Source of the DNA: an uncultured Gammaproteobacteria bacterium
GTDB lineage: Bacteria; Pseudomonadota; Gammaproteobacteria; JACCXJ01
Assembly (NCBI GenBank): GCA_963764725.1
Contig: CAVXTM010000013.1
Span: 22,919 to 86,918 of the forward strand
Reading direction: 5' to 3'
Length of the DNA: 64,000 nucleotides
In this document: positions 47,576-58,874 of the stretch, piece after piece
How positions within the stretch are numbered: the stretch's first letter is position 1
Layout of the letters: each line of letters opens with the position of its first letter
Translations under genes and position numbers: made by a program
Notes under the pieces: model-generated
Database searches by the model: none
Told to the model about the DNA's origin: nothing
What the model saw: the letters and a program-made list of their open reading frames with translations, nothing else

Positions 47576-48583
47576 GTGACGGAAACAAGCGCTACGGATC
47601 CGCCGGCCTTTCGCTTCCAGAGCCTAACCACGTTACCGAGCCTCGGGATCATCCGGGTGACCGGTCCCGAGGCGCGAAGTTTCCTCACCGCGCAGTTCAC
47701 GAACGACGTAGGGGCGCTGCCCAAATCGCGTAGCCAATTAGGTGCCTGGTGCAATGCGCAAGGCCGTGTCTTGGTGGTGTTTAGGTTGCTAAGCCACGAC
47801 GCCTCGTATGTGCTCGTGCTGCCCCACGAGATGATCGGCTCGACACTCGAGCGTCTCAAAAAGTTTGTTCTGCGCGCCAAATTAACCCTCGAGGAGCCGA
47901 GCGATGAGTTGCGGGTTCTCGCCGCTTTCGGCGCCCAGACCCTGGCCGGCCACGAGACGCGTCTACCGCCCATCCTCGAGCAGGAAAATACGGTCGCGCA
48001 CCGGGACGGCGTCTCGGTAATCCGCGTTCCAGGAACGCTGCCCCGTTGGCTCATCATCGGCGCAAGCGAGCCCCTCGCCGCCCTGAGCGCCAAAGAGCCC
48101 TTGGCGGACGTCTCGGACACGGCGTGGCGGCTAGAGGACATCCTCGCCGGAATACCCATGGTGGGCGCGGCGACCACGGAAGCCTTTCTTCCCCAGATGC
48201 TGAACCTCGATGCGTTGGGAGGCGTGAGTTTCACCAAGGGCTGTTATCCCGGGCAAGAGGTGATCGCGAGACTCCAGTACCGGGGCCATCTCAAGCGCAG
48301 AATGTATCTCGCGCTGGTCGAGGACGCGGCGGCCCCCCGCGCCGGCGATCCGGTCTATCCCCACGCTCACCTCGGCTTGCAACCCGCGGGACAAATCGTC
48401 GCCGCCGCGCCTCGGGACGGCAAGTGTTTCGCACTGCTTGCCGTGGTCGATAACGAAGCCGCGCACGCCTCGAGCATCCATCTGCGGCACCCCGACGGCC
48501 CCCCGCTCGTTTTCCAGCCGCTGCCCTACCCCATCGATGAAACCGGTGATCTCTCATCCCGCGAAGTACCTCGACCTCAATGA
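47576..48583 (+). CDS. ygfZ: Folate-binding Fe-S/tRNA-modification protein
   Basis: FLPQMLNL...VSFTKGCYPGQEVIAR. Confidence 0.92.
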   Translation: MTETSATDPPAFRFQSLTTLPSLGIIRVTGPEARSFLTAQFTNDVGALPKSRSQLGAWCNAQGRVLVVFRLLSHDASYVLVLPHEMIGSTLERLKKFVLRAKLTLEEPSDELRVLAAFGAQTLAGHETRLPPILEQENTVAHRDGVSVIRVPGTLPRWLIIGASEPLAALSAKEPLADVSDTAWRLEDILAGIPMVGAATTEAFLPQMLNLDALGGVSFTKGCYPGQEVIARLQYRGHLKRRMYLALVEDAAAPRAGDPVYPHAHLGLQPAGQIVAAAPRDGKCFALLAVVDNEAAHASSIHLRHPDGPPLVFQPLPYPIDETGDLSSREVPRPQ

Positions 48584-49539
48584 CAAGCTTTAGACCGGCG
48601 TGGTGGCTACCGGGACCGCATGCTCAAACGCTTTGGGGAGCGTTATGTGGTCGCAGAGTCAAGCTGATCTTGCGGCGCGAACGGCTGGAGATCCCCGATG
48701 GGGATTTTATCGATCTGGACTGGCACGACAAGGGCGCTGGGCCCATCGTCGTGATCCTCCACGGACTCGAAGGCTCGGGCCAGTCCCGTTATGTCAAGGG
48801 GTTACTGGCCGCGCTGGGGGCGCGCGGCTGGCGCGCTGTGGTCATGCACTTCCGTGGTTGCAGCGGGCTCAATAACCGCCTTGCGCGTAGCTACCATTCG
48901 GGTGACACGGGGGACTTCAGTTATCTCATCACCACGCTACGGCATCGCTATCGCGGCGTGCGCCTCGCCGCCGTCGGTTTTTCTCTCGGGGGGAACGTGC
49001 TCTTAAAATTCCTCGGCGAGGCGCAAGACCGGGCGCCGCTTGCGGCGGCGGTTGCGGTCTCGGTGCCGTTCAAACTCGACAACGCGGCCGAGCGGCTCGA
49101 GCGCGGCTTTTCGCGTACCTACCAATGGTGGTTATTACGAAGCCTGCGGACCAAGACCAGGAACAAATTTACCCACCTGCCGAGCCCCATCGATCTTAGC
49201 CGCCTCGATAAGCTACGGTCGTTCTGGAGGTTCGATCACGAAGTCACCGCGCCCCTCCACGGTTTTACCGGCGTGGACGATTACTATGCGCGCAGCAGCA
49301 GCCGCCAGTATCTCCCGGGAATCACGGTACCCACGCTCATCGTCCATGCCCGCGACGATCCTTTCATGACCCCGGCCGCGGTCCCCGGCGCCAATGAATT
49401 ATCATCGAGCACACGCTTGGAGCTCACGGCGCGCGGGGGGCATAACGGATTCGTCGCCGGCCCCTTCCCAGGCTGTCATTACTATTGGCTGGATCGCCGT
49501 ATTCCGGAATTTCTCGCGCCTTACCTCAGAGAATCCTAA
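48580..49539 (+). CDS. YheT-family alpha/beta hydrolase
   Basis: LHGLEGS, HFRGCSG, GFSLGG, DDPFM, GGHNGF. Confidence 0.9.
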   Translation: MTSFRPAWWLPGPHAQTLWGALCGRRVKLILRRERLEIPDGDFIDLDWHDKGAGPIVVILHGLEGSGQSRYVKGLLAALGARGWRAVVMHFRGCSGLNNRLARSYHSGDTGDFSYLITTLRHRYRGVRLAAVGFSLGGNVLLKFLGEAQDRAPLAAAVAVSVPFKLDNAAERLERGFSRTYQWWLLRSLRTKTRNKFTHLPSPIDLSRLDKLRSFWRFDHEVTAPLHGFTGVDDYYARSSSRQYLPGITVPTLIVHARDDPFMTPAAVPGANELSSSTRLELTARGGHNGFVAGPFPGCHYYWLDRRIPEFLAPYLRES

Positions 49540-49557
49540 ATGCGGGCGAATCAATTT

Positions 49558-49670
49558 GATTTCGCCGCCACGGGGTATGAACCCCGTGGGGCGACCAAAG
49601 GGGGGAGCTGCGCCTCTGCCCTTTGGAAACCCCATGGCTAAGGATCCCGCGGCAAGACCGCGGGGAATAA
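49558..49670 (+). repeat. ~110 bp structured intergenic repeat, copy 3
   Basis: acggggtatgaaccccgt, ccaaaggg...ccctttggaaacccc, cccgcggcaagaccgcgggg. Confidence 0.85.
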
Positions 49671-50041
49671 ATCTAGAATACGAGCGTCGTGCAGCCTTCA
49701 TCCCGGCACGGCCTCGGCAGTCCGCGGCCGCATGTACGGGAACAAGAACACATCGCTGATAGAGGGTGTGTCGAGCCACAGAGCAAATGAGTCGGCAACG
49801 CTAGTCCGAACTATTTCGTGCGTTTTTTTTGCAACTCCCGTATTCTTTAGAATTGTTCCAACTTACCGCGAGGCGCTGGAGCTGCCAGCCCAGACACGAA
49901 GCGACCTTCTGCGACAGAGCCTGTCCATGTATCAGCAGGCAAGCCGCACCGCGATGTTGTTCGGCGACCGGACGGGAGCGCAGCGGCTCGAAGACCTCTT
50001 CCTTGGAATGACCACCTGAGCGGGTGATCGAGGAGCGCTCC

Positions 50042-51379
50042 ATGCAAAAACCGCTTTGCTTCATCCTGATGCCGTTCGGCACCAAACCGGGCTCGGGCGG
50101 CGCCATGATCGACTTCGACGCCGTCTACAATGAGCTGATCAAGCCTGCGGTCGAGGCCGCGCGGCTCATCCCGGTTCGCGCCGACGAGGAGCAGGCCGGC
50201 GGCATCATCCACAAGCCGATGTTCGAGCGGCTCATCCTGTGCGAGTACGCGGTGGCGGATCTGACAACGGCCAATGCCAACGTCTTCTACGAGCTGGGCG
50301 TTCGTCACGCCGTGAAGCCAGCGACGACGATCCTGCTGTTCGCCGCCGACGGCACGCGGTTGCCGTTCGACGTCGCGCCGCTTCGCGCGCTGCCCTATCA
50401 GCTCGGCTCGGACGGCAAGCCGTCGGCTATCGAGGCGGACCGCGCCAAGCTGGCCGAGCTGCTCGAGGCAGCGAAAGCCGAGGCGGTAGACAGCCCCGTC
50501 TACCAACTCGTCGACGGCTTTCCGGACATCCAGCACATCAAGACCGATGTCTTCCGCGAGCGGGTCGAATACGCGGCCACGGTTAAGGAGCAGTTGCAGA
50601 CGGCGCGCAGGCAAGGTGTCGACGCGATCCGCGCCATCGAGCAGACCCTTGGGCCGCTCGACCGCTCCGAGGCGGGCGTGCTCGTCGACCTGCTGTTATC
50701 GTATCGCGCCGTGAGCGCGTGGGCGGAGATGATCCGCATCGCGGGCGCGCTGCCGGAACCGCTGCGCCGAACGCCGCTCGTTCAGGAGCAGCTTGCCTTC
50801 GCGCTGAACCGCGCCGGACGCGGCGAGGAAGCCGAGCGTGTCCTGCTTGCGCTGCTCGCCGGGCGCGGACCGAGCAGCGAGACCCACGGCCTCCTCGGAC
50901 GGGTGTACAAGGACCGCTGGGAGGCCGCGCTCAAGAAGGGCGACAAGATCCTCGCACGCGGGCTTCTGGACAAGGCCATCGACGCCTACCTCAAGGGTTT
51001 CGAGGCCGACTGGCGCGATGCCTATCCGGGCATCAACGCCGTCACCCTCATGAATCTGAAGACGCCGCCCGACCCCCGCGCCGAGCGGCTTCTTCCGGCC
51101 GTGCGCTACGCGGTCGAGCGCAAGATCGCGTCCGGCAAGCCCGACTACTGGGACCACGCGACGCTCGTCGAGCTTGCGGTGCTCGCGAAAGACGAGAACG
51201 CCGCCCTAGACGCCCTTGCGGCGGCGCTGCCGGTGATTCGCGAACGTTGGGCACCCGAGACGACCGCACGCAATCTGCGCCTGATCCACGAGGCGCGCGC
51301 GGCGCGTGGGGAAAGCGTCCCGTGGGCCAAGGAAATCGAGGACGAGCTGGGACGTAAAACAACGGTCGCTGAGCCTTAG
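50042..51379 (+). CDS. DUF4071/TRAF-binding-type protein: NDT-like domain plus TPR-like helices
   Basis: CFILMPFG...VRADEE...ADLTTANANVFYELGVRHA; ETHGLLGRVYKD, YPGINAVTL, DYWDHAT. Confidence 0.82.
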   Translation: MQKPLCFILMPFGTKPGSGGAMIDFDAVYNELIKPAVEAARLIPVRADEEQAGGIIHKPMFERLILCEYAVADLTTANANVFYELGVRHAVKPATTILLFAADGTRLPFDVAPLRALPYQLGSDGKPSAIEADRAKLAELLEAAKAEAVDSPVYQLVDGFPDIQHIKTDVFRERVEYAATVKEQLQTARRQGVDAIRAIEQTLGPLDRSEAGVLVDLLLSYRAVSAWAEMIRIAGALPEPLRRTPLVQEQLAFALNRAGRGEEAERVLLALLAGRGPSSETHGLLGRVYKDRWEAALKKGDKILARGLLDKAIDAYLKGFEADWRDAYPGINAVTLMNLKTPPDPRAERLLPAVRYAVERKIASGKPDYWDHATLVELAVLAKDENAALDALAAALPVIRERWAPETTARNLRLIHEARAARGESVPWAKEIEDELGRKTTVAEP

Positions 51380-51642
51380 TCGTCCTTGCGACGATTCAGC
51401 GTGAAGGGGCCAGTCGATTAACTTACCCCGGCCATAGCGGGTATCCGCCTAGCCCTGAGTCAAGGTTAAGCGCTGGGTAACGCCCGGTTCATAGATACAA
51501 TAGAGCGTATGACTGGCAGCGACGCGAGTCTAAGCCCCGCGGCAGGCCGAGGGCGCAGAGACCAGAGACCGGGGATTCGGATGGTCAAGTGCAGGTTGAA
51601 TTGTGAGACAAAATAAAGTGACCCTGGCCTCTTTTGCCCTAA

Positions 51643-52431
51643 GTGCCTCAACCGCCCGTGCTGAGCGGGCCGGTGAGGCGCATGCCTTACTCAGCTATAA
51701 TTCCCGGACGCAGGGCTGCCAAGAAACCGAGAAGCAACGCTCATGAAATCCACCGCGAAAGCGCGACTTGTTGGAAGCAGGCCAAGAGACTGACCAAGAT
51801 CGCTGGGTGCTCGTTTATTGGCCACGCGACCACCGAGGATTGCCTCGAAGCCCTTGAAGACCTGAAGAATCCTCAGGAATTTGAGGCCGACTGCGCCTTC
51901 TCACGTATCAAGCGCCAGATCATTCTCGGCCGGCGGCGGTCAGACGGCTGGGACTACGAGGGGTTCCTAAAGGATGTCGAAGGGAACCTCGACGATATTT
52001 GCGCTCATTTCAGCACCCGCTGGCTTGTATCCCTGACTGACACCTATGCCGATTACGGTCTGCCGATCGAGAGGAGCAATGCGTCGATCATCGCACTCTT
52101 GGTGAACTGGGAGAAGCTGGCCCGAACAGATCGGCTCTTGCACGAGCCCCGGGCCCGCCCTCCGGAGGACTTGACCCGGTACTGCACTCCACAGCCGCTT
52201 TGGGACGGGGTCACCAGCCTTGTTATGGATGAGCGCGCGGACATGATCAAAAACCTGTTCGCACGCGTCCGAGAGCAAATGGCTGAGACGCCGATCCTTT
52301 CCCGTATCCTTAAGACCGTCCTCGAACGGGCCTCAAAGGAACCGGAATTCACGCTCGCGCGCCTAGGCAGGCTGCATCCTCGCCCGCTCATGAATGACGC
52401 CTTGGGCCTACAAGCTCCAGAAGACATATAA
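51643..52431 (+). CDS. Hypothetical protein (start uncertain)
   Basis: Long ORF directly upstream of the methyltransferase; RWLVSLTDTYADYG. Confidence 0.5.
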   Translation: MPQPPVLSGPVRRMPYSAIIPGRRAAKKPRSNAHEIHRESATCWKQAKRLTKIAGCSFIGHATTEDCLEALEDLKNPQEFEADCAFSRIKRQIILGRRRSDGWDYEGFLKDVEGNLDDICAHFSTRWLVSLTDTYADYGLPIERSNASIIALLVNWEKLARTDRLLHEPRARPPEDLTRYCTPQPLWDGVTSLVMDERADMIKNLFARVREQMAETPILSRILKTVLERASKEPEFTLARLGRLHPRPLMNDALGLQAPEDI

Positions 52432-52432
52432 C

Positions 52433-53056
52433 ATGGACCCAACATCCTTACACGAAAAGAACAAGTACGAGACGATGTATGCCATCGAGGACTATCGCAA
52501 GAACGTCCGCTCCGTGGACAGAGTTTGTCGAGCGCGCCGGGATTTCCGCCGGCTCATCGATCATCGACTTTGGCTGCGGTCCAGGATACGGCAGTCTCGC
52601 GTTGCAGGATGTAGGGATGAAGGTGCTAGCGATCGACATTGCCGAAAATGCGATGGATCCGGAGCACAAGGCTAGCTCACTTACCTGATCGGCTCGCTCT
52701 GGGAGCTGCCGGTCAACCTTTCGGCAGAGTACGGCTTCTGCACGGATGTCATGGAGCACATCCCGCCGGATCGTGTCAACGCCGTCCTGGACGTGATCAA
52801 GCGCTCGGTACGGAGGGCGGCTCTCTTCGAGATCAACCTCAAGGTGGATTGGCGCGGCGACCTCATTGGCAACCGGCTGCATCTGTCCGTGCATCCTGCT
52901 GACTGGTGGCAGGCCACTCGCTCGCGGTTTTGGCGCAACGTCCAGCTCGTCCGCGAGGAAAAGCGCGGTAGTGCGACCTTTATCGTGCGCAACGAAACTG
53001 GCGGCGCCGGTCTGTTGCATAAGCTCGCGAAGAAATTTGGCGCGCCGTCCGACTAA
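52433..53056 (+). pseudogene. Class I SAM methyltransferase with two frameshifts
   Basis: IIDFGCGPG, LAIDIA and FCTDVMEHIP lie in different frames. Confidence 0.8.
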
Positions 53057-53067
53057 GGCTCCGACCC

Positions 53068-53464
53068 ATGAATTTCGAGGAATTGGCTTGGCTGTTTAGC
53101 TGCGACAACCGCAACCGCGGGATCTTGCGAATGAACTTCGACGAGGCTGCGCTGCTTTGGAAAGCGGTGCGCGCCAGCTCAGGGCCGATGCTTGAAGTGG
53201 GTAGTCGGTTTGGAGATTCCGCTGTTCTTATGCTCAGCGCGGCGCCGGATCGCGCCCTTTTTTCAATCGATCTCTCCCGTCCTATCCGGAGCCGGTAACG
53301 CGGATCCTGAGTGGGCCTCAGTTTAAGGAGCGCCACCAGGTTCATATAGGAGACTCGAGAAAGCCGCTCGCAGGCCGGAGCTTTGGCTTCGCCCTTATAG
53401 ACGGCGACCACACTTTTAAGGGCGTTTTGCTCGATACGGCTGCCCATTGGGATGAAGTCAACCC
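53068..53464 (+). pseudogene. SAM methyltransferase (Methyltransf_24-like), disrupted
   Basis: MLEVGSRFGDS...FSIDL, stop, then IGDSRK...LIDGDHTFKG. Confidence 0.7.
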
Positions 53465-53659
53465 TCACGAGGGTGACCCCGCCCTTATCGCGTTCCTGAA
53501 CGCCAGAACGACGACCACTACCACGCCGCCCATTACGCTGATGAGCTTTTGAGTCACAAGTGACATTTCAGGGGTAAGTACGTCCCAAAACGGCAAGAAG
53601 AGGAGATTGAAGCCGACGAAAATCGCGAGGTAGGAGGCGACTCGCAATGCGATCCGCAT
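53465..53659 (-). CDS. Small two-TM protein
   Basis: 64-aa hydrophobic ORF 10 nt downstream of the SLATT gene. Confidence 0.55.
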   Translation of the reverse strand: MRIALRVASYLAIFVGFNLLFLPFWDVLTPEMSLVTQKLISVMGGVVVVVVLAFRNAIRAGSPS

Positions 53660-53668
53660 CGTCCGACG

Positions 53669-54199
53669 CTATGCGCCTTGGTCAGGTTCTTTCGGTGGTT
53701 CCTGCTGGGCGCCACCCTTGGCTTGAGACTGCCAGAATAGTTGCTGTTCTTCGGCGATAAGGATTTCGACCCGGTCAACGAGGAGGCGATAGGCGCTGGC
53801 CTCGTCCTGCGCGGCGGCGTACGCATCCGCGTTTTGGAGATACAGGCGGTATTCGCGTTTCATGCCTTCGGCGGCCTTGCGGTAGGCCTGCCAGGTCTCT
53901 GCGGGGCGCAGCAAGGTATCCACCGCCCGGCTGATGGTGACGGCGGCACCTAACGCGGCGGTAAGATAGGGCACCCAATCCGCTTCCAGCACTTGGAGCA
54001 CCGAAATCAGTGCACCCAGGACGATGACGCAGATGGCGAATGCCAAATAGCGGCGCTTTTGTTTCCCTGCGCTTTTGTCGTACCACTCGCCCTGGCCGTC
54101 CAGGACAGTTCGGAAATAGTAGTCGGCACGTGCCTGGCGCGTTTCGATGGGCGACATCCAGGCGGGTTTGACAGGTGGGACATTGTTATCTGACGGCAT
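53669..54199 (-). CDS. DUF4231/SLATT-domain membrane protein
   Basis: QGEWYDKSAGKQKRRY, two TM, ETWQAYRKAAEGMKREYRLY, LVDRVEILIAEE..FW; GGGGAG RBS. Confidence 0.85.
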   Translation of the reverse strand: MPSDNNVPPVKPAWMSPIETRQARADYYFRTVLDGQGEWYDKSAGKQKRRYLAFAICVIVLGALISVLQVLEADWVPYLTAALGAAVTISRAVDTLLRPAETWQAYRKAAEGMKREYRLYLQNADAYAAAQDEASAYRLLVDRVEILIAEEQQLFWQSQAKGGAQQEPPKEPDQGA

Positions 54200-54219
54200 C
54201 CGCGACTCCCCTTTTATTT

Positions 54220-55602
54220 GGCTCATCGTGAAAGTGAGTGGGTAGAAAATGGTGTTTTCACAGTACCGGCAGCATGCAGGTAAGCACCTTGAGGCGCAGG
54301 TAATCCTCGTCGCGGAGTCCGTAGGCGCGGCGCTGGATGACGCGGATCTTGTTGTTGAGTCCTTCGACGAATCCGAGAGAGATCTTGTTCTCTGGTTTGC
54401 AATAAGCAGCGATCCCATCCCAATGGCGCTCGATCATCTCGGCGAATTTCTCGTACGGTTTCAGACGCTGCCATTTAAGCGCGTTACGCCAGTTCTCGAA
54501 GAAACGTCGCGCCCACGCTTCACGCTCGTAGCTCCACAATTGGCCGAAAGATTCCTTGAGCAGATAAGCAGTGTTCAGCCGCTTGTTGGCGGCGAGGAGC
54601 CTCTTCAAGGCAGCTCGACCATCGAGGGTCAGATTCTCCCGCCGGGAGAGCAGGGTATATTTTTGGCCCTTGATGTAGGTACGTTTCTCGCCGCTGAGTC
54701 GGGCGTACTCCCCCTTGCGGACCTTATCGAGCGCTTCGCCCAGATGACGCGTCACGTGAAATTTGTCGAACAGGATAGCCGCCTGGGGCGCTTGTTCTCT
54801 GGTGCTGTTGCGAAACGGCTTCCACATATCCATCACAGCCAAGCGCACCCCCTTGGTTTTACGCGGCCCCAGCCATTTGAAGAATTCGTCCATGCTGGCC
54901 TGAGAGCGGTCAGTCCCGCCAAACCAGATCGGTCGGCCACGGAGGAGATCGCTGACCACGATGCGATAGGTGTGACCTTTGCGGATGGCGATCTCATCGA
55001 TGCCGATAACCGCAGGTCCTGGCCGGCCAGCCCGTGCAAGCTGCGCACCCATGTATTGCTTGTCCAACTCCTTGACCGTCTGCCAGTCGAGATCCAACTC
55101 ATCGGCCACCGCTTTGATGGTGCTCGTGCGCCAGCGCCGCCCGACGTAGAAAGCAAAGCGCTTGGTGTAGAAAGGGTTGTCGGCCAGAAAGTCCAGACGC
55201 TCGCGCTTCACCTTGCCGCACTGCCGGCAATCCACACGCCGGACCTCCAACTCCAGCCGCACGTGCGTATCCCCGCAGGAGAGATCTCGAACCTGCCGCA
55301 GCTTCTTGTCGTACCAACCGCGATGCAACGTACCGCAGACTCCACAGCGTGTTTTTTTGAGCGTCGTACAACCGTGACGATGCGCACCTTCGGTTCCCCG
55401 AAAACCCCGCGTACCGTTGCTTGTGGACGAAAGCCGTCAAAGGCGTATGTGTCGGTGAGACGACGAGAGCGTTTGCGTTGGGTAGCCATCGCCACAGCAT
55501 GCCAGAAATTACCGTCCCTTCAACCGGGCGTAATCCCTTGCGGAGCAAGCCTTGCAGCGTGATCATGGAAACAAAATTACCCACACGTTTTCACGAAGAC
55601 CC
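54220..55602 (-). mobile_element. ISL3-family insertion sequence
   Basis: TIR GGCTCATCGTGAAAGTGAGTGGGTA / GGGTCTTCGTGAAAACGTGTGGGTA; TATTT on both flanks. Confidence 0.9.
54258..55489 (-). CDS. ISL3 transposase, split at an A7 slippery site near 55355
   Basis: IGIDE, MDMWKPF, FDKFHV, VEGLNNKI; N-terminal ORF ...RRSKK joins KTRCGVCG by a -1 shift. Confidence 0.85.
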
Positions 55603-55800
55603 TATTTAAATTTCGGTTGATCACTGCCACGCTACGGGCCGATCTAAGCTGACCACGGGCTCTTAGGTGCGAAACCGATAGTCCTGGTTCTCATTGCCGA
55701 CCTCTCTCCTCTAACACATTCTCACAGAAAGTAATCGATAAGCGCTTCCGGGGATTTGAACCGACACGCTTCCTGCAGGCCATGGCGATGCCGGTGCCCT

Positions 55801-57306
55801 TCATCCCGGCATCGCCTCGGCCGTCCGCGGCCGCATATGCGGGAACAAGAGCACATCGCGGATAGAGCGAGAATCGGTCAATAGCATCACCAGCCGGTCG
55901 ATCCCGATGCCTTCACCGGCCGTCGGCGGCAACCCGTACTCAAGCGCTAAGACATAGTCGGCATCGTAGTGCATCGCCTCTTCGTGACCGGCTTCCTTCT
56001 CTTCGGCCTGGCGCCGAAAACGTTCGGCTTGATCCTCGGGATCGTTGAGCTCCGAGAATCCGTTCGCGATCTCCTGTCCGGCGATGAAAAACTCGAACCG
56101 ATCCGTGACCGATGGGTCCTCCGCGTTACGGCGCGCGAGCGGTGACACCTCCGTCGGATAGGCGATGATAAAGCAAGGTGCACGGAGCTTTTCTTCGACG
56201 GTCTTCTCGAAGATCTCAAGCTGGATTTTACCGAGCCCAAAACCCTCTTCGATGGCGATCCCGAGCTGCTTGGCATAGGCGCGCGCGAAATCTAAACGCT
56301 CCAGGGTCTCGGCTGCGAGTCCAGGATTGAATTGCACGATCGCCTCTTTGAGAGTCATACGCGCAAACGGCCGCGACAAGTCGAACTCCTCGTCTTGATA
56401 TCTGAGCGTGGTGTTCCCGAGGACCGCTAGCGCGAGCTTGCGGATGAGATCTTCGGTGAGATCCATGAGATCCCCGTAGTCCGCGTATGCCTCGTAGAAC
56501 TCGAGCATGGTGAATTCCGGGTTGTGACGGGTCGAGAGCCCTTCGTTGCGGAAATTACGGTTGATCTCGAACACCTTTTCCAGGCCACCGATGACCAGCC
56601 GCTTGAGGAACAGCTCCGGGGCGATGCGCAGATAGAGTTGCATATCGAGCGCGTGGTGGTGGGTGACGAAGGGCCGCGCCGCCGCCCCACCCGGAAGCAC
56701 TTGCATCATCGGCGTCTCGACCTCGACGTAACCCCGGCCTTTCAAGTAATCACGAATAAAATCGATGATCGCCGAACGCCGCTCGAAGACCCGCCGGCTC
56801 GTCTCGTTCATGATGAGATCGAGATAGCGCTGGCGGTAACGGGTCTCGACATCGGTGAGCCCGTGAAATTTCTCCGGCAAGGCATACAAGCACTTCGCAA
56901 GCAGACGCACGCTTTGCACCGCGACCGACAATTCGCCGGTCTTGGTTTTAAACAAGCTCCCCGTGACGCCGATGACATCACCGATGTCCCAGTCTTTGAA
57001 GGCTTTGTAATAGCCTTCCCCAAGCTCGTCACGGCGCAGATAGAGTTGTATGCGGCCGCTCATATCCTGGAGATGGGCGAAGGCGGCCTTGCCCATGATG
57101 CGCCGGGTCATCATGCGGCCGGCGATCGTGACCGCCATCGGCGCCCCTTCGAGCGCCGTGTGCTCTCGATCCGCAAAGCGCCGTTGCAAATCGGCCGCGA
57201 GCGCGTCGCGTTTGAAGTCATTGGGATAGGGATCTCCCTCGGCCCGCAGTTGCGCGAGCTTGGCGCGCCGCTGTGCGGATTGATCGGTACTATCTTGGTT
57301 TGACAT
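55801..57306 (-). CDS. lysS: Lysine--tRNA ligase
   Basis: [40 protein letters not shown]. Confidence 0.98.
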   Translation of the reverse strand: MSNQDSTDQSAQRRAKLAQLRAEGDPYPNDFKRDALAADLQRRFADREHTALEGAPMAVTIAGRMMTRRIMGKAAFAHLQDMSGRIQLYLRRDELGEGYYKAFKDWDIGDVIGVTGSLFKTKTGELSVAVQSVRLLAKCLYALPEKFHGLTDVETRYRQRYLDLIMNETSRRVFERRSAIIDFIRDYLKGRGYVEVETPMMQVLPGGAAARPFVTHHHALDMQLYLRIAPELFLKRLVIGGLEKVFEINRNFRNEGLSTRHNPEFTMLEFYEAYADYGDLMDLTEDLIRKLALAVLGNTTLRYQDEEFDLSRPFARMTLKEAIVQFNPGLAAETLERLDFARAYAKQLGIAIEEGFGLGKIQLEIFEKTVEEKLRAPCFIIAYPTEVSPLARRNAEDPSVTDRFEFFIAGQEIANGFSELNDPEDQAERFRRQAEEKEAGHEEAMHYDADYVLALEYGLPPTAGEGIGIDRLVMLLTDSRSIRDVLLFPHMRPRTAEAMPG

Positions 57307-57314
57307 ACGCGCCC

Positions 57315-58413
57315 TCACACCCCGAGCTTCAGGCTCGCCTCGATGAAGCGATCGAGATCGCCATCGAGCACCGCCTGCGGATTACCGCTCTCTACCCCAG
57401 TGCGCAGGTCCTTGATGCGGGATTGATCGAGCACGTAGGAGCGGATCTGACTGCCCCAACCGATTTCTGCCTTCGATTCCTCGAGCGCCTGTTTTTCCGC
57501 GTTGCGTTTCTTCATCTCCGTTTCGTAGAGCTTGGCGCGCAGCATCTTCATGGCTTGCGCCCGGTTCTTATGCTGCGAGCGCTCGTTTTGACACTGGACC
57601 ACGCTGCCCGTGGGCAGGTGCGTGATGCGGATCGCCGAATCCGTTTTGTTGACGTGCTGGCCGCCGGCGCCGCTGGCGCGATAGGTGTCGACTCTAAGAT
57701 CGGCGGGATTGATCACGATGTCCACGCTGTCATCGATCTCAGGCGACACGAAAACCGAAGCGAAAGAGGTGTGGCGGCGGTTACCCGAATCGAAGGGCGA
57801 CTTGCGCACCAAGCGGTGCACCCCGGTCTCGGTCCGGAGCCACCCAAAGGCATACTCACCTTGAAAGTAAACCGTGGCGCTCTTGATCCCGGCGACCTCG
57901 CCGGGCGAGACCTCGATCAATTCACATTTGTAGCCGCGCCGGTCGCCCCACTTTAGATACATACGCAGCAGCATTTCCGCCCAATCCTGGGCTTCAGTGC
58001 CACCCGCCCCCGCCTGGACATCGAGGAAGGCGGAGTTGGGATCCATTTCGCCCGAGAACATGCGCTGAAACTCGAGCGCGCCGAGGCGCTCGTCGATCGC
58101 GCTCACGTCCTCTGCCACGCCCTGCACGGCTGCCGCATCGTCCTCGGCCGCCGCCAGTTCGAGCAGCTCCGCGGCTTCCGTCAGGCCGCGATCGAGGCTG
58201 TCGATCGCGCCCACCTCCCGTTCCAGCGCGGCGCGCTCCTTACCGAGCGCCTGCACCCGATCGCGATTCTCCCAGAGCGCCGGGTCTTCGAGCGCCTGGA
58301 CCAACTCGCTCAGGCGGGCGTGCTTCCGGTCGTAGTCAAAGATACCCCCGTAGCGCGCCGAGTCGTTGCCGCGATTCCTGGATCTGATTCAAAATTAGAC
58401 TGAGCTCAAGCAT
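57315..58413 (-). CDS. prfB: Peptide chain release factor 2 with programmed +1 frameshift
   Basis: MLELS...LRGYL, CTT TGA C at 58335-58341 after internal GGGGG; SPF and GGQ motifs. Confidence 0.97.
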
Positions 58414-58452
58414 GAGTATGGGTGCAGCCGTGATGTTCGTGCACCGATCGTA

Positions 58453-58509
58453 CTATAAGTCCGAGTGTAGGTGCAGGAAGGCGCCAGAATGGGGGAAACC
58501 ACCGGCGCC
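58453..58509 (+). repeat. Imperfect direct repeat, copy 1
   Basis: ctataagtccg...taggtgc.ggaag.cgccagaat.gggg.aa.ccaccggcgcc recurs at 59698-59753. Confidence 0.8.
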
Positions 58510-58744
58510 GGGTCCCGGGGCTCCCGGCCGGCTGGTTGCAGCCCGCGGTCAGCGCCCGAGGATTTCAGCGAATAAGTACAAAGCTATTTGTGCCCGGCAT
58601 CCTCACCGGTTCTTGCGGTCGCGCGCGTACTTCGAGCGCGCGCCTCCCGCGAAATTAAACTACCGTGCACCACCAAACTACCGGCCCGTCCGACGCAACA
58701 GTACCGGTCGCAAAACCGCGTTGAAATTCCTATGCTCATCCTAT

Positions 58745-58865
58745 CCTCCGATCCAACTCCGAAGCTCGCTCGGCACATGGAACGAATCAGTCAGTTTCCG
58801 CGCGCTAGGTAGCGCTTCGTGATCGAAATGCTCGACACGCTGCTCGCCCAGGCGCGCCGCTCAAG
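58745..58865 (+). pseudogene. 3' remnant of an XRE-type regulator
   Basis: PTPKLARHMERISQFPRAR*RFVIEMLDTLLAQ. Confidence 0.5.
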
Positions 58866-58874
58866 AGGTGCCCC

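Noticed and set aside
51380-51640. Possible ncRNA or element end between DUF4071 and the next ORF
   Set aside because: No repeat, clear terminal structure or recognisable family seen
58335-58341. prfB internal stop as a pseudogene or novelty
   Set aside because: It is the well-known autoregulatory CTT-TGA-C +1 frameshift
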